DNA of 64,000 bases from Klebsormidium nitens. Its lineage: Eukaryota > Plantae > Klebsormidiophyceae. Positions 25,501 to 38,349 of this stretch are shown one piece after another. Position 1 is the stretch's first letter, and the number at the start of each line of letters is the position of its first letter. The notes under the pieces are model-generated. The model ran no database searches. It saw nothing but the letters and a program-made list of their open reading frames with translations, and was not told the origin of the DNA. The stretch covers positions 66,278 to 130,277 of the forward strand of contig DF237188.1 of assembly GCA_000708835.1 (NCBI GenBank), read 5' to 3'. The translations under genes and the position numbers were made by a program.

Positions 25501-28122
25501 TCTCTGTCGCATGGGAACACTCTATACGAAAAATTCAAGGAGCAGAGCTTTGAACATCACCCTGCCCAAATAATCACCAGTCAACGACTTGATCACGAAC
25601 CAGGCAGGCCGAATCAAGCACCCCAGCAGGAGGGAAGGACCTATTACAACGCCACCGGTTGGTGTAACCTTCAAGAAACAGCATCTGTCGGGTTCAGTCT
25701 CGAGGGCGCGCCTCACCGGATGCCCGTCTGCAGGTTGAGCATGAGGTCGTAGCTGCGGTGGCCCTTGAAGATGGTCTCCCCCGGCCGCTTCACCTCGCGC
25801 GTCCCGCGCCGCGAGTGCCGCTTCACGCGCTCGCCGCGCGGCTCCGCCTCCGGCATGGCCTGCTCCTCCTCCGACACCAGCTTCCCCTCCACGTACTCTC
25901 GCACAACCACGCGCCGCACGCCCCCCTCGCCCCTCCCCCCGCCAAAGTTGCGCGCCAGCGTCATGTCGACAGACTGCCGCGCAGCGGCCCCCGCGTGCAT
26001 GCCCGACAGCCGCCGGTTCGCCGAGTCCTCTTCGGGCGTCGCGTGGCCGCTGCCGTTCTCGATAGTGGTCCCGTTCTGCACCCCGCTGCTGCTGCCAGAG
26101 GACTGCCCGAACAGGTCTCGCGCCAGGCCGTCGCCCGGACGGGGCACCGGCGGGCGCTGCGAGGCGAGGCGGCTGCGTGGGACCAACGGCGAGTAGACGG
26201 GCGTGCTGGCGCCGCTCTGAGAGTCACCAAAGCTGGACTCGCTCAGAGTCGTGTCGGAGTCGTATGTCAGCCCCAGGGCTGAGTTGCGGCTGCCAAAGGG
26301 GCTCGCCGCTGTTAAAAAGCGGCCGTCCTCTGGGAGGGGTTCGGAGCCTTCCCGTGGGAAGCTGAAGGAGTTCCCGTCTGCGGAGATGCTGCGGCGGTGG
26401 CTGGCCGGTGGGGGGCTCGAGATGATCGTCTTGTCTCCAGGCGGGGGAGCCTCAGGGATGCCCGCAGGGTGCGACGCCTCGCTGACGCCAACCAGTGGCG
26501 TTCTGGCGGCATTCCAGTCCGAGAAGCTGGTCACCTTCGCACTCCGCAACTTGGGCGCGTTGCCCTCGGCCTCCCCATCCTGGCCCGGGCTATCCTCAGG
26601 GAGACTGCTACCTGCCGCCTTTGTCGCAGCCTCGTCTGAAGCCTGGCTTTCATTAGCGCCTGTCCGCGCCTGTTCCTCTCCACTCTCAATGGAATCTCCC
26701 TTCCCTTCGTCCATTCCGTTCCCCGCAGCCTGCTGCTCATGGCTGCTTGCCCCTCCGTCCTCACTCTCTGCTTGCCCGCCCGCCCCAAAGTCCCCGCTGC
26801 TTGTGGGCGTTTCCTCCGGGACCCTGGGTGGCATCAGATCCTTCCTGCTGCCCTTTCTGCTGCGCAGCGCTCCAGGGGGGTAGTACACTCCCCGCCCATG
26901 GCGCAGCCCGTTGAGCCAGCTCCCCTCAAACACCGCCCCGTCCGCCCAGGTGAACACGCCCTTGCCGTTCTCGCGCCCCCCCGCCCACTCCCCGTCGTAG
27001 CGGTCACGGTTGGCCCACACAAAGATGCCGCGCCCGTCCATCTTGCCCCCCCGCCAGTTGCCGCTGTACGAATTCCCGTTGGCCCAGATGTACCGCCCCG
27101 GGCCCTCGAACGCGCCGTTCTGCCAGAGCCCGTCGTACACGTCTCCGTTCGCATACTTCTTCTTGCCCAGCCCGTGCTTCTGGTTCAAGTGCCAGCTGCC
27201 GCGATACGACTCCCCGTTGGGGCTCCGGTACGTCCCCCACCCCTCCATGACCCCCCCCATCCAGTCGCCCTCGTATACAGCCTGACTGGGCCATTGGAAC
27301 ATGCCTTTCCCGTGCTTCTTCCCAGCGGACCAGTCCCCATCATACGAGCTGCCTTCGCGCCACATGTACCGGCCCTTGCCATGTGGCACGCCCGCAGCCA
27401 CATCCCCTGTATACGAGTCTCCGTTGGGGAACTGCTTGCTCACGACGGTGGTGCGCACGCTGCCCCAGCTGCTGGTGCGTGAGTGGCCGCGCTCCCTGCA
27501 CGAATAAATGCAGCATATGCCTCAGCGGCCGATTCCTGCTATAAAAACATTTTGAGGGACAGCCAAGGCCCTCTGAGCCCACCTAAGGGCAACTCTTGTG
27601 AAACTGGGGGCCCAGTGTCGATTGATCAGGGTTGAACTTTGCTTAGAACAAGTCTGCCAAAGCTCCTCAAAGGGGGTGATTGCTTTCCAGATAGCTTGCC
27701 CTGATGTCCCTCACATTCACTTGCCACATCTGACGAAAGTAGCCAGATATGTAAAAGAAGGCAAACAAAGTTGAGAAACGTGGCATTTCTTATTCCCTAA
27801 GAAGTATGTCTTGTAGGAGTCTAGTAGCCCTGGCCTCAAGCGCAACGCAGGACAATAGAACAATCCCACCAAGATATGAGCAAGTGGACACAACAAAGAG
27901 TATTCTTAAGGGAAAGGGTTTGTTCACGGGCATTGCCAATTGTCTTACATTCCTCCTTATCCTATAACAGGACTCTTCCAGCATGTTCAAGCAGCATGGT
28001 TACATGCCGGTGCTTTTCAAGACAGTCCTTAAAACGAAAAACCCTTGATTAAAACTCGAAACTTGCCGCTGGTGACATCACTAGTGATTTCTGAACCGTG
28101 CAACGGATGCACGCTCACCCAT
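22548..28122 (-). CDS. PIP5K: Plant-type phosphatidylinositol-4-phosphate 5-kinase with 8 MORN repeats
   Basis: Eight MORN repeats lie in the large exon (~26880-27420). Motifs are [69 protein letters not shown] and [10 protein letters not shown]...SAVDP..YS.RF. The stop is at 22548. The first coding exon (ATG at 28122) is tentative. Confidence 0.95.
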
Positions 28123-29968
28123 AGCGGACGATACTGCTTGTTGGGGAGATGGACGGCGACGCCGTCTCCTCCGCCGGCGTTGCGGGGGGGTCATCGTCAG
28201 TGGGCTGGACCCCCGACATACAGAACGTGCGTGGAGTGGACGACCCCGTCTCGCTGGCACGTGCCGCAACCCTTTACAACCTTGCACCCATGATGTCCAT
28301 CTGAGGCACTTTCAATCAGGAAAGATGCACTGGGCGGAGCTGCAACCGCGTCAGAATCAACGCACGAGGGTTTTTGCGACGAGCGGTCTATTGTCGGACC
28401 ACCAAAAGTAGATCTGCCACAGAAGGAGCAGCCCTGTTTCAAGGAAATGTGTGATGAGAGTCTCTAGCTGAAAGCAGACCCTGCGGAGCAAGCGCTGCAG
28501 ATTGGCCCAGCACAATGTATCAACCACTATGGCAAAACAGCTTCCAGAGGTTTATGAAGAGCGTTATTTTGTGAAAGGCAGGCTTCTATGTAAGCTTCAG
28601 ACCGTTGGAGCATCGATTGCACTTCACATTGATTCTTGGTTTCAAGAAGAAGCTCTCGACCAAGAAGCTTGATCAAGCATTCCGGGGGTTGATCAGAGGG
28701 AAGTATCTCAAAGAATCTCAAGCTTCCCCAAATTCTGATCAGATAACTTGGCTCGCAGAAGGTCTCTTTGCAATTGCTCTTGTCAGGTTTTGCACGCCTC
28801 TCTTGCTCAAAGCCTGCTTGCAGGAACCAACTTGTAAACCATTTTGCTCAAGAGATTGCAGCATGGGCAAGAGGCGTCCTTGAATGTCCAACTTGAAGTT
28901 AAACGTACCCACTCGGAATGAGTCGGAGGAGGGACTCGGACTCAAGAGTCGAGTCGGAGTCGGAGTCGGACTCGAGGTCCGAGGATACGGTTGGGAAAAT
29001 TAATTCCGACTCAAATTTTTGGGTCATTCACAGATTTGGCCTGGGTTTGCAGCTTGCTAGCCCGGAAACTATGTACCAGTCACCTTTCGGCTGAGATTCA
29101 ACTGTACGTGCTGCTCGGAAAAGCCTACCGGGTTCCGGAGTTGGCAGCCTGGAGGTCAGGTTAAGAGCGGTTAAGTGCACAATTGTTGTTGAGAGACCAG
29201 TGAAACCACCAGGCTTGCCAATGCTGTGCAGAGTCCGCGTGTGCCCCGCAGACTCGCGCGCAGGAGAGGAGCAGCTCCAGCCTCAGGCTCCACCACGGTG
29301 ACCACCACTGCCAGGCTCCAGCTGGGCCAGCATGCGGGAGCGCGGCCTCTTGACTCATGAATCACCGCTGGATGGGAGCAGAAGAGCTATGGATTGTGAC
29401 TCGTGTAGAGCGGGCACCTGAGTGCATGATGGTGAGTATCCCTCCATGACTTCTCCATATTCTGCATTTCCAATGCTTGGTGTATTTGATTGGCGAGTAG
29501 GTCTACTTGCAGTGGCATGTAAATGGCATTTGCAATTGAACAGCTTCCAAAGTCCATTTGCAGTTTGCAATGGTCCATTGATTGGTTAATTTGTTGTACG
29601 AGCGATTTGCTGTGCTACTTCACATATCCAACCAACAATGCCAAATCCAAGATAGACAGCAATACAGGGAGGATCTGCCTCATGCCCTGATTGTCTCACG
29701 CATTGCCAGCTTCATGTCTCCCTCAGAACACATTTGAGTGCACAGGCTTGGAGGCCACCTCACAATGTTGTCTTCTGCTTGCCATCTCTCCTGATTGCTA
29801 AGAAGCATGGATTTGCAATGAAGCCTATGTCCTTTGGGCAGCCCCTGGATCTAAGCGTTGCAACATTCAAGGATGCTAGAAGCAATTGAAAGAAACATTG
29901 ATTCTCATGCAGTGAAGTGATGCAAGGAAAGCTTTGAAATATCAGGCGCTATTCTGAAGGGGTCCAGC

Positions 29969-32900
29969 ATGGCGTCTCCGGGTGACTATCAACACTTCCG
30001 GGGCATAGTCCCGGAAAGAAAGATCCAGGTGAGATCCCCATGAAGTGATTGTAGGTCGGAGTTCGATGAAACCTCAAGGGGCTCTAGCTTGCAATCCTAT
30101 GTCAATATGCAAAACGACGGTGTGGCATTCTGTGCGGGGCACCTGCCAATGACACCACTCTGAGGTGCCATTCGCCGAAGCGGAGACTTCTCAAAATGTT
30201 CAAGACTTGTCTAGCAGCCACCACGGGTTCTCCATTTCTGGGGCCACCCTGAGGGCCCACCTACCAGCCACCCGGTGCCCGCACTCTTTGGTGATGTTCT
30301 TATAAATGTCTACTTTTGCGCTGACCACGGCTAAATGTTTCTGCTGATGCAGGTGGGCATGCATCAGAACAAGCACTTCCGCTACTACGAGTTTGGGCCC
30401 AAGCGGCTGGACCCCCTCATCTGCCTGGGCGGCGCCGCCTCCACTGCAGACTGCTTCTACAAGCAAGTGCTCGCGCTCTCCTCCAAGGTGGGCACGACCA
30501 CCGCCGTGGCATGGTGGACACATCTAGAGAAGTTCCGAGTACTATGTTTCCACATCTTGTGTCTGCCTCATTCACAAGTTTGAGGATTGGGGGATACCAC
30601 AAAGTGTCCATCGGTCCATGTTTTCGATGCTCCGGTGGTGTTCTTGACTTTTATGGTCTGAAAGTTAGAAATCTGTTTAGAGGCTTGAAAGTCCATCAGG
30701 TGCCGACCAAGCGTTTGGTCTGTCTGGTTGCCCTTTTGGTGGGTTGTGCTTTGCTAAACCAACCTGCGGGTCAGCGGGCCCCCCGCAAAGTTCCAACTTG
30801 CACACTAGCAAAGCGCAAGGTCTGAGTTACTTCTTCTCAATTGGCGCAGGGCTACCGGATCATGGCCGTTGACGCCCCAGCTTTGTGGACACACGCGGAG
30901 TGGATGGCGGCCTTCGACAAGTTCCTGGACTCCCTCCGCATCAACCAGGTCCGCGCTTTGACCTCACAATAGGGCCCGGTCTCAAAGCTCTGAAGCCCAT
31001 GTGCGTTGGGTCCACTCTTTGTGGAGCTTCGTCAAGGGGCCACTTGCAAGCATTCTTACTCGTGACCTCCGGCCTTGGCATTAAAATTCTATCCCAGATG
31101 CTTTCCAATGGGATCTTTCCCCAGCAGATCACGCTTACGTAGGAAGGTTCCGTCAGAGTGCTGCAAAGTTCCTCTGAGACCCTTTTATATTACAAAATGG
31201 GCCGCGCTCCCCAGAATCAGGTGTTTGAGGTTTGCGTTGCAGGTGCATCTGTATGGCACCTCCCTGGGCGGCTTTCTGTGCCAGCTGTACGCTGCATACC
31301 GGCCGCGGCGCGTTAGGTCGCTCGTCCTCTCCAACACCTTTTTGGACACCAAGAACTACCACGAAGAGCTCAGCTGGAGCTCTTTGTAAGTTCCGCCTCC
31401 CTTTGTCGACGTTCTCTTTGGCTGTAAAATGATCAATATTGTACAACGAATCATCTGCCGAAGCCTGAGACTGGGCAGGGGTGCACGTGGGAAGCAAGCG
31501 CAGCCGGCTGGTTTGCATCGAGGATTACTAATTCATCAGGAATCTCGCTCGATTGCCAATTCTCAGGGTGCAGTAATGGTCGCATCCCTTGTCTTACGCG
31601 TTCCTTGAGGGCCCTCCTGCCGCTAGCCTAGCCTTCGCTCACCCCCGTCTGCCTCTCGTGCCTGTGGGCCAGGTTTCAGTGGACCCCCGAGTTCATGCTG
31701 AAGCGCATCATCATGGCCGGCCTGGGGGAAGGCTACCGAGAAGCACATATTGCAAACTCCATCGACTTCGTCGTCAGTCAGGTGAGAAGGCCCTGCTGGA
31801 TCCCAGGCTTTTCTGCTTTTATGCCGATTCCCAAGCCAGGGTTGCAACACAGAGCCAGCGGCAGAGATAGATTTTGGTAAATATGACGCAGTCTGGTACC
31901 AGCAATCTGGGCAGTCTGGCTTAAAGACGCTTTCCAGAGTGAAACGCAACGAGGACCGTCACTGATCCCACAATACGTAGACAGCGAGCTTTTCACTGTA
32001 AACAACTGTCTGGAGGCCAGTCCAAGCGCCTGGAGGCTCGACGTCTGAGAGTGCATAAATTGCTCACACGTTAATCGAGACTACTTGGTAATCTGTGCAT
32101 GTTTCAAACTTTGTTGCGTGTCCCGTGCAGTTGGAGACGCTGCACCAGCAGGAGCTAGCGTCGCGCCTCACGCTCATGAGCCAGCTGGGCGCCGTGGGGC
32201 ACATCCATGTGTCAGATGACGTCATCACCATCATGGACGTGAGCACTGCTCAGTAACGATCCCCTGTCTTCATCACAGCCTGACCGAGTACTGCCGGAAT
32301 GAGCGGGCACCTGACACGCTTGCCCTAAGGAATTTCGAAATGCTCTTGAGTGTCCTCTTCTTGTTATCGAAGGCGCTGGCAGAAGGGTTTCGGCACTCAC
32401 TGCACGAGATTTTGCTCTTCTTCGAAGGATCTCTGCTCGATAGCGCACTCTGTTCCGTGCAAGTGCTGTTTGCTCGGACGTCGATGACTGAGCGGTGCGC
32501 GGTGCGCTGACGTGTGCAGACGAACGACTACTGCGCAGTGAAGCAGGACGCACGGGATGCACTGTATATACGTTATCCCGGGGCGCGGCGCGCCTTCCTC
32601 AAGAGCGGCGGCGACTTCCCCTTCCTGAGCCGCGCCGACGAGGTCAACCTGCACCTCCAGGTAACTTGCACGGATTGAACAAATGCTCGGAAAAAAAACA
32701 TCTCGGAAGCGGTGAGGTGGATGGAGCGATACCCGTCTCTTCAAGCTGCAGCAATATACCCGACAGAACATTGTCTGCCGCGGATCTCATTACTACTACT
32801 TGTGAGAAGCCAAGTGAAAAGTCGAATTGCCTCTGCTAGTCTTTCCCATTCGCTTCACATCATCTTACTTCCAGTGACTGCTGTGTTCATCAACAGCTGC

Positions 32901-33700
32901 ACCTGCGACGCGTTGGAGTCGAGCCCGATGCGTCCGCAGCCTCCCCTGCGCCCTCCCCCGCCCGGGAGACCGTCTTCTCCTCATCCCGCTACGACTCTGA
33001 TACTACGACCACCAGCGCCGACGAGGGACCCCCCCTAGAAAGGCCCTCGCGCAGGGAGCAATCCGGGGGGGTGAGCGAGGCGCCCCCTGCAGGGCACGAC
33101 GAGCAGCGAGCAGCCCCCCACGAGGAGGAGAGCGTGGGCGCGCATCTGGCGTACAAAAAGGACCCGCTCTGGGCGGCGCTGGCGGATGCGGAAGCCAGCG
33201 TGTGGGAGGACGCGCTAGAGGAAAGGGCGGGCTCTGGCCGGGGGGGCACCCCAGGGTCGAAAGAACAGGAGAAAGCGCACGGGGAAGGACCCCGGGAGAG
33301 CGAGCCGGGGCCTGAGGCGCAAAGCCCTGCCTCGCCTGACGCGGGAAAGACCGCTCACGCTGATCAGGACGTGGCTAAAGCACGCGAGAGCGGCGCACCT
33401 TCTGATGGTCAGGGAGAGGCGAACGGAGGTCAGGAAGGAGACAAGGAGCGAGCGCAGGAGAGGCACGGCGGCGGTGCGGTGGCGGCATCTGGGGAGAGCG
33501 ACGAAGGGGGGTCGAGCGAGGAGGACGAGGAAGGGTGGCGCAAGGAAGAGGGCGCTGACCCGCTGCTGTGGGGGGCGGGGCGGGCCGGGGACAAGGAGCG
33601 GCAGGAAGGGGCGGGGGATCCCCTGTCCCGGGCGAGCAGCCTTGCGGACCGGGAGGAGGTGCCGGACACGCTGGGCAAGCGGACAAGCGGGCGGCTGTGA
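29969..33700 (+). CDS. Maspardin (SPG21)-like alpha/beta-hydrolase-fold protein with a long acidic C-terminal tail
   Basis: Exons give MASPGDYQHFRGIVPERKIQ, FRYYEFGPKRLDPLICLGG..STADCFYKQ, GYRIMAVD, HLYGTSLGGFLCQLYA.YRPRRVRSLVLSN, SIDFVV and LKSGGDFPFLSRADEVNLHL, which match the maspardin family. The last exon (~32897-33700) is E/G/A/S-rich. Confidence 0.92.
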
Positions 33701-35961
33701 GAAGTGCCGCTCGGGGAGGACGGGAGAGCGGTCGGGGGTGCGTGTATGGGGGCACGGAGAGTCACTCAAAAAAGGGAGTCGGCATGGAAGGATGCCCGGC
33801 GGTAGTCGGGGTGAGCGGTCAATTCTTGACGGCTGATACGGCCACAGTCCAATTGCGGGTAGCAAACAATATCTTTCTTGTATACACTCATAGGTTCGTT
33901 AGCACGCAAGCTGAAGAAGAGGCGATTCTGACTGGAAAATAAAAATAAACCCGTGATTTAGCATGGATTGACAGATGGTCGATGATCGGGCACTTTGCTC
34001 AGTAGTGCCAGCTGTAAGACTCCCGTATGCGCTTGCTGCTGAAGTGCCTCAATGCAAACAGTCACGCCCTTCGCAAACCGGATTAGTGCACCTTTGGACG
34101 CTTTGTCCCTTTACCAGCTTAGATCAACCATGACGCACGCCTTTAGCTCATGAGCGTAGATGATGCGTATATGGATTTGCCCAGCCGCATCCCAGAGTCA
34201 ATTGACATGTGTTACCGCAGCGTGGCTTGCATGACTATTTGTGCATCACCATTTTCATGCCCTTGCCGTGGTGTTTGACGATGGAACAGACTGAGTCTCA
34301 CGCACCATTCGTTGGGTCCCCAAACGTCACAAATAGGTTGCAAGAGCGCTGCGCATGGATTTGATATAATTTGCTGACTCAGTGATACAGGCTGGTTTGA
34401 AGCATGCATGATAGCGGCATGGAGGTATGCAAGCATATGCATAGCGACGAAGTCAAATGTTGATCAATCGAGCACGAGCGCTGTATATGTGTGAGTGAGT
34501 CATAAGCGGGAAGCAAACGCTGATGGTGTAAAGCAGGTCATGGCCAGCTAGAATTGGCCTTAAGTTACTCCATGTTGACCGGGCCTTGATGCTCCAGTAC
34601 ATCTGCTTATAGCTATGATACTGAGTTCGATTGATCTTGATTTTAGCTATATGGCATGACCTTTCTGACCCGCCGTGCACGGTTTCAGCATATTCTTTCC
34701 GACTATAAGTTGGCCTCTGCATCAACATGATACATGGCCGGCCCAATTCTCTATAGATACAATGAATTATGTAAGAATCAATTACAAGGATGAATTAAGC
34801 ATTGGAGCGTCTCAGGCGTTTGTCAGCCGTCCGAAATTCGAGTCTACGACAGAATTTACTATCCTAATGCTCTTCAATTAAAGTAAGATTGCTTGGGAAG
34901 TAATCGAAGTGCTTCACATGGCGGTAAGCGGGTCCTGCTTCCAAGCAGCAATGGACGAAAGTTGTGAATACGGAACGTCCTAACTTTCAACCATTTGAAC
35001 CAGCCAAACAAAAGAGAGTGCAGGACTGAGGACGCAGGTGTGTCGATTGACAAGATTATTGTGCCCTTGTTCAGGCTACACGTCGACTCGTAGTGCCAGG
35101 TGTCGTCAGTTGATTGGAAGCACTGCTTCAATGAGCCGTTAATTCTGCCAGGTGTACGGCCTTGACGGTGACATATGAGTCTTGAGGCCGGGACTGCGGG
35201 AGCATATCAATGTCATGCGGTGCTACACTTCTAGTGCTTGACTATGTACCGCACTGGCTATTAGTGAATTAGTAGATACGACTCCAAGCTGCTTCTGGAT
35301 CGCCTTTCGCTTTGAGATTTGGGGAAGAACGGCATCCTTAGGCTTTGATCAGAGGGTAAACGCGACTGAGTAGCCAATGCTGAAATGCACGCAGCAATAT
35401 CGGAAGAGCGGTTGAAACCAGATCATGAGAATGCTGAGCCCGCAGGTGAGCATCGGCCTTGGACTCATGTCTGGCACCAATGGTTTTGCCAGTTGAACGG
35501 AACAAGAAAGCAGAGCACTTTCTGAAATGGATTGCCACTTGTGTGTTACGCCGTGTTCCTTGCACGGATGCCTAGCTGTTGCCTCAAATTGCCGGTAAGC
35601 CGCTCAAGTTTCTGAGATCTTCGGGAGGACAGACAGCTTTTGACTTTAAACCATTTCTTCAGAAGAGCAAAGGGTTTTGAGCCCGCTCTTACGTTCCTAA
35701 GTTTTGAGGATCATTGGGAAACCTTCGAGTGCTGATTAGGAGCCTGACTTTGATCACCAAACAGGCCATCATTGCGTTTAAATCATAAATGTGGCAATTG
35801 CATAACCTGCTCTTATTTGAGAAGGAGAAAGAAGGTTTGGCTTATCTTTCACCCTCTCTTCGCAGGACAGCGCAGGAGAGTCAGTGCGCTGATGCTGTGG
35901 ATGTTCAAAGGTACATAAAGCGCGGTGTGACATCTGGTGGAGACAGCCGAAAGATCGCAGC

Positions 35962-37323
35962 TTGCTTAAGAAGAGGTCCAACCGGACCCTTGAAGAGGAG
36001 GCAAATCAAAGCAGGAATTCCAATGCTCAGCAGAGCATGGAGACCTCCAAGGGTCCCCTTGCGGACGGGAAGCAAGCTGCAGGAGAGACGGTGGCTAGCT
36101 TTGCACGCATCGAGGCCTCCCTCTCGGAGTGTGGCAAGAATGAGGAAGCCTTATCATCAGCATCTACAGGGTGGAGTAAAGCAAAGCACTCCTTGGACAA
36201 AATGTCCATTGCAGAGGCTGAACAGGATAGTCTCGAAATCCTGCTCAAAGATCGAGAGAAGAAACTTGCACGATTGGCAGGTCTCGAATTCGATCTGGCC
36301 CAGCACAAGAACCAGGTCTCTTTTCTGGAGTCTGCAGTGCGAAGGTTCAGGCAAGATCTAGAGGCGTTGAGAGAGCTCAAGGAGCAGCCCAGGGCTGTTT
36401 CAGAATGCTCGACCCCCGCAGCTTCCGTCGAGAGGGGTCAGCGTAAGACGGATCCGCAGGGCACAGGACACGCAGCAAGTGATCCGGTGACTGAGGGAGC
36501 TGAAGACGCAGTAGGACCCAGGGTTTCGATGCTGAGTTCTCAGGGCAATCTGGATAATCAAGAAACCGAGTGGAAAGACAGTCAACCTGCGCAACTAGAT
36601 CGTCAGAGCTTTGAAGTACTGCTGCAAGATCGAGAGAAAAAAGCAGCACTTATTCGGAAGCTGAGCTTTGACCTGATGCAGCAGCAGAGGCGGGCTTCGT
36701 TCTTCGAGTCGACACTAGAACGATTCAGAGAGGATGTCAAGATGTCGGACGCCCTTAGAAATGACAGCTTCACTCTAATGAGCAATTCAACTGAATCAAT
36801 CTTGTTATCTCGGAAAGAGAGTGGAAGTGGTTGTCTCGTCTGTGGATGCACAAGCGCAATCCAGGGGGTGGAAGAGAACTCCTTTCTGGACGCGAACGAA
36901 GCAGATCCCGTCTCGTCCATCAGGCGCGATGAAGAATCTTTGCTCCAGCGAGAAGGCCTTGAAGCTCTGCTGAGAGATCGAGATGAAAAGCTGGGGCTAA
37001 TCAGCAAACTGCGCATGGATCTAAGACATAAAGCATCTCTCGTTGAAATAGTCATCTGGAAGCTTTGCCAGGAAGCGGAATCAACAGAGTCATGCTTGGA
37101 AAAGGGAGATTCTCATCTCATATCTACGGAAAGGGCACTAGTGACTGTTGAAAGCAAGGTAGAATTGCTGTCTCAGAGATTAAGCGAGGCAGCTGACAAG
37201 GTGTGCTGTTTGCGGAACGAGAAAAAGGCTTCAACATCCAGGAGAAGCATCAAACGGAGGTTGACAAGCTGGTTGATATGTGGCACCAGGTCAATACAAC
37301 AGTATAACGGCAATGTAGATTAG
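35962..37323 (+). CDS. Hypothetical coiled-coil protein with three internal ~45-aa repeats
   Basis: A 453-codon uninterrupted frame in moderate-GC sequence, with heptad-like composition. The motif [LF]E.LL.DR[ED].K..L...L..DL occurs three times. A 3' splice-like gcag at 35957-35960 suggests an upstream exon. Confidence 0.6.
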   Translation: MLKKRSNRTLEEEANQSRNSNAQQSMETSKGPLADGKQAAGETVASFARIEASLSECGKNEEALSSASTGWSKAKHSLDKMSIAEAEQDSLEILLKDREKKLARLAGLEFDLAQHKNQVSFLESAVRRFRQDLEALRELKEQPRAVSECSTPAASVERGQRKTDPQGTGHAASDPVTEGAEDAVGPRVSMLSSQGNLDNQETEWKDSQPAQLDRQSFEVLLQDREKKAALIRKLSFDLMQQQRRASFFESTLERFREDVKMSDALRNDSFTLMSNSTESILLSRKESGSGCLVCGCTSAIQGVEENSFLDANEADPVSSIRRDEESLLQREGLEALLRDRDEKLGLISKLRMDLRHKASLVEIVIWKLCQEAESTESCLEKGDSHLISTERALVTVESKVELLSQRLSEAADKVCCLRNEKKASTSRRSIKRRLTSWLICGTRSIQQYNGNVD

Positions 37324-38349
37324 CAAGCTATAAGTAGCTAGGAATCTGTCTCCTCCGATGTAACGAAGTGCTTACAAGTATGCGTTTTAGAACTCGAACC
37401 TTATAGCACGAAGCTTAGGTGAGAACTTTGGTGCCCGAATCTTGAGGGTGTCACATCATGAAGCCGGAAGAGTTATTGGTATCCGTCAATCTGAAGGCCT
37501 CGCGCCTGATCAACAAGACCAATGCATTGGATCCTATATAGTCCACAATCCTATCTATAGTCCACGATTTTGGCATCTAAAGATCCGAAAAAAGTGCGAG
37601 ATCCTCTGATTGTTTTGTCAATCAAAAAGCACTGCCACTGATTTGACACGTCGCTTCGTGGCAGGATCGAGCCCCATGTACACAGCTTTCAACTGAAAAT
37701 GCGTGCAGATAACGACACGCTAAAAGTCTTCTTTTGAGGCAAATGGACATTTTCGAAGCTTTAGATACGCATCTTTCTCATGGGAGCCCATCAAACTTCC
37801 AAAACCTTGTCACTAGACCTAGCCCGTTGCCGCGGTCCAGCTTGTTACTAGCTTCAGCTGATCAGCGGCCTCCTGAGCTCTTCGCATGTTTGATGGGAAT
37901 GAAGCCGGCAGCGTTTCTTTTGTGACCTGCGCCCGGACGTACGATCGCTGTGTTCACACTAGATATCATGAATTGCCTTTCCGCGGATCAACGTCGCTGG
38001 TCTGTTGACAACCCATCGACACAATAACACTGTTGCTGAGTACCCGATGAAGTTCCATTCACTGACGTTTCGTATACAAGTCATCGACAACAAAGACATT
38101 CGTAGAATCGAGGAGCATTGACAAGATTTCGATTCTAAGAGCTGCCCGAGAGCTGTTGGACGTCGTGCTACTAGGACCAAGAGGTCGATCAACATCTATA
38201 CCTATATTTACCTCAAAGGTTCAGATTATCTACCGCGTACAGTCGATCAGGCACCCACCTCATAATTCCTCGCAGTACGTCCAGTACGTATTTGCATTGA
38301 TGTCGGTCAACTTAACCGCCGTGTGACCATCGTATCCACGAAGCTATGC

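Noticed and set aside
25758-27482. Plus-strand ORFs of 170-250 aa over the PIP5K MORN exon
   Set aside because: They are antisense shadows of a confidently assigned GC-rich coding exon.
38100-38200. IDKISILRAARELLDV resembles bHLH helix 2 (DKASIL)
   Set aside because: There is no basic region or helix 1, no start or splice context, and stops lie nearby; probably chance.
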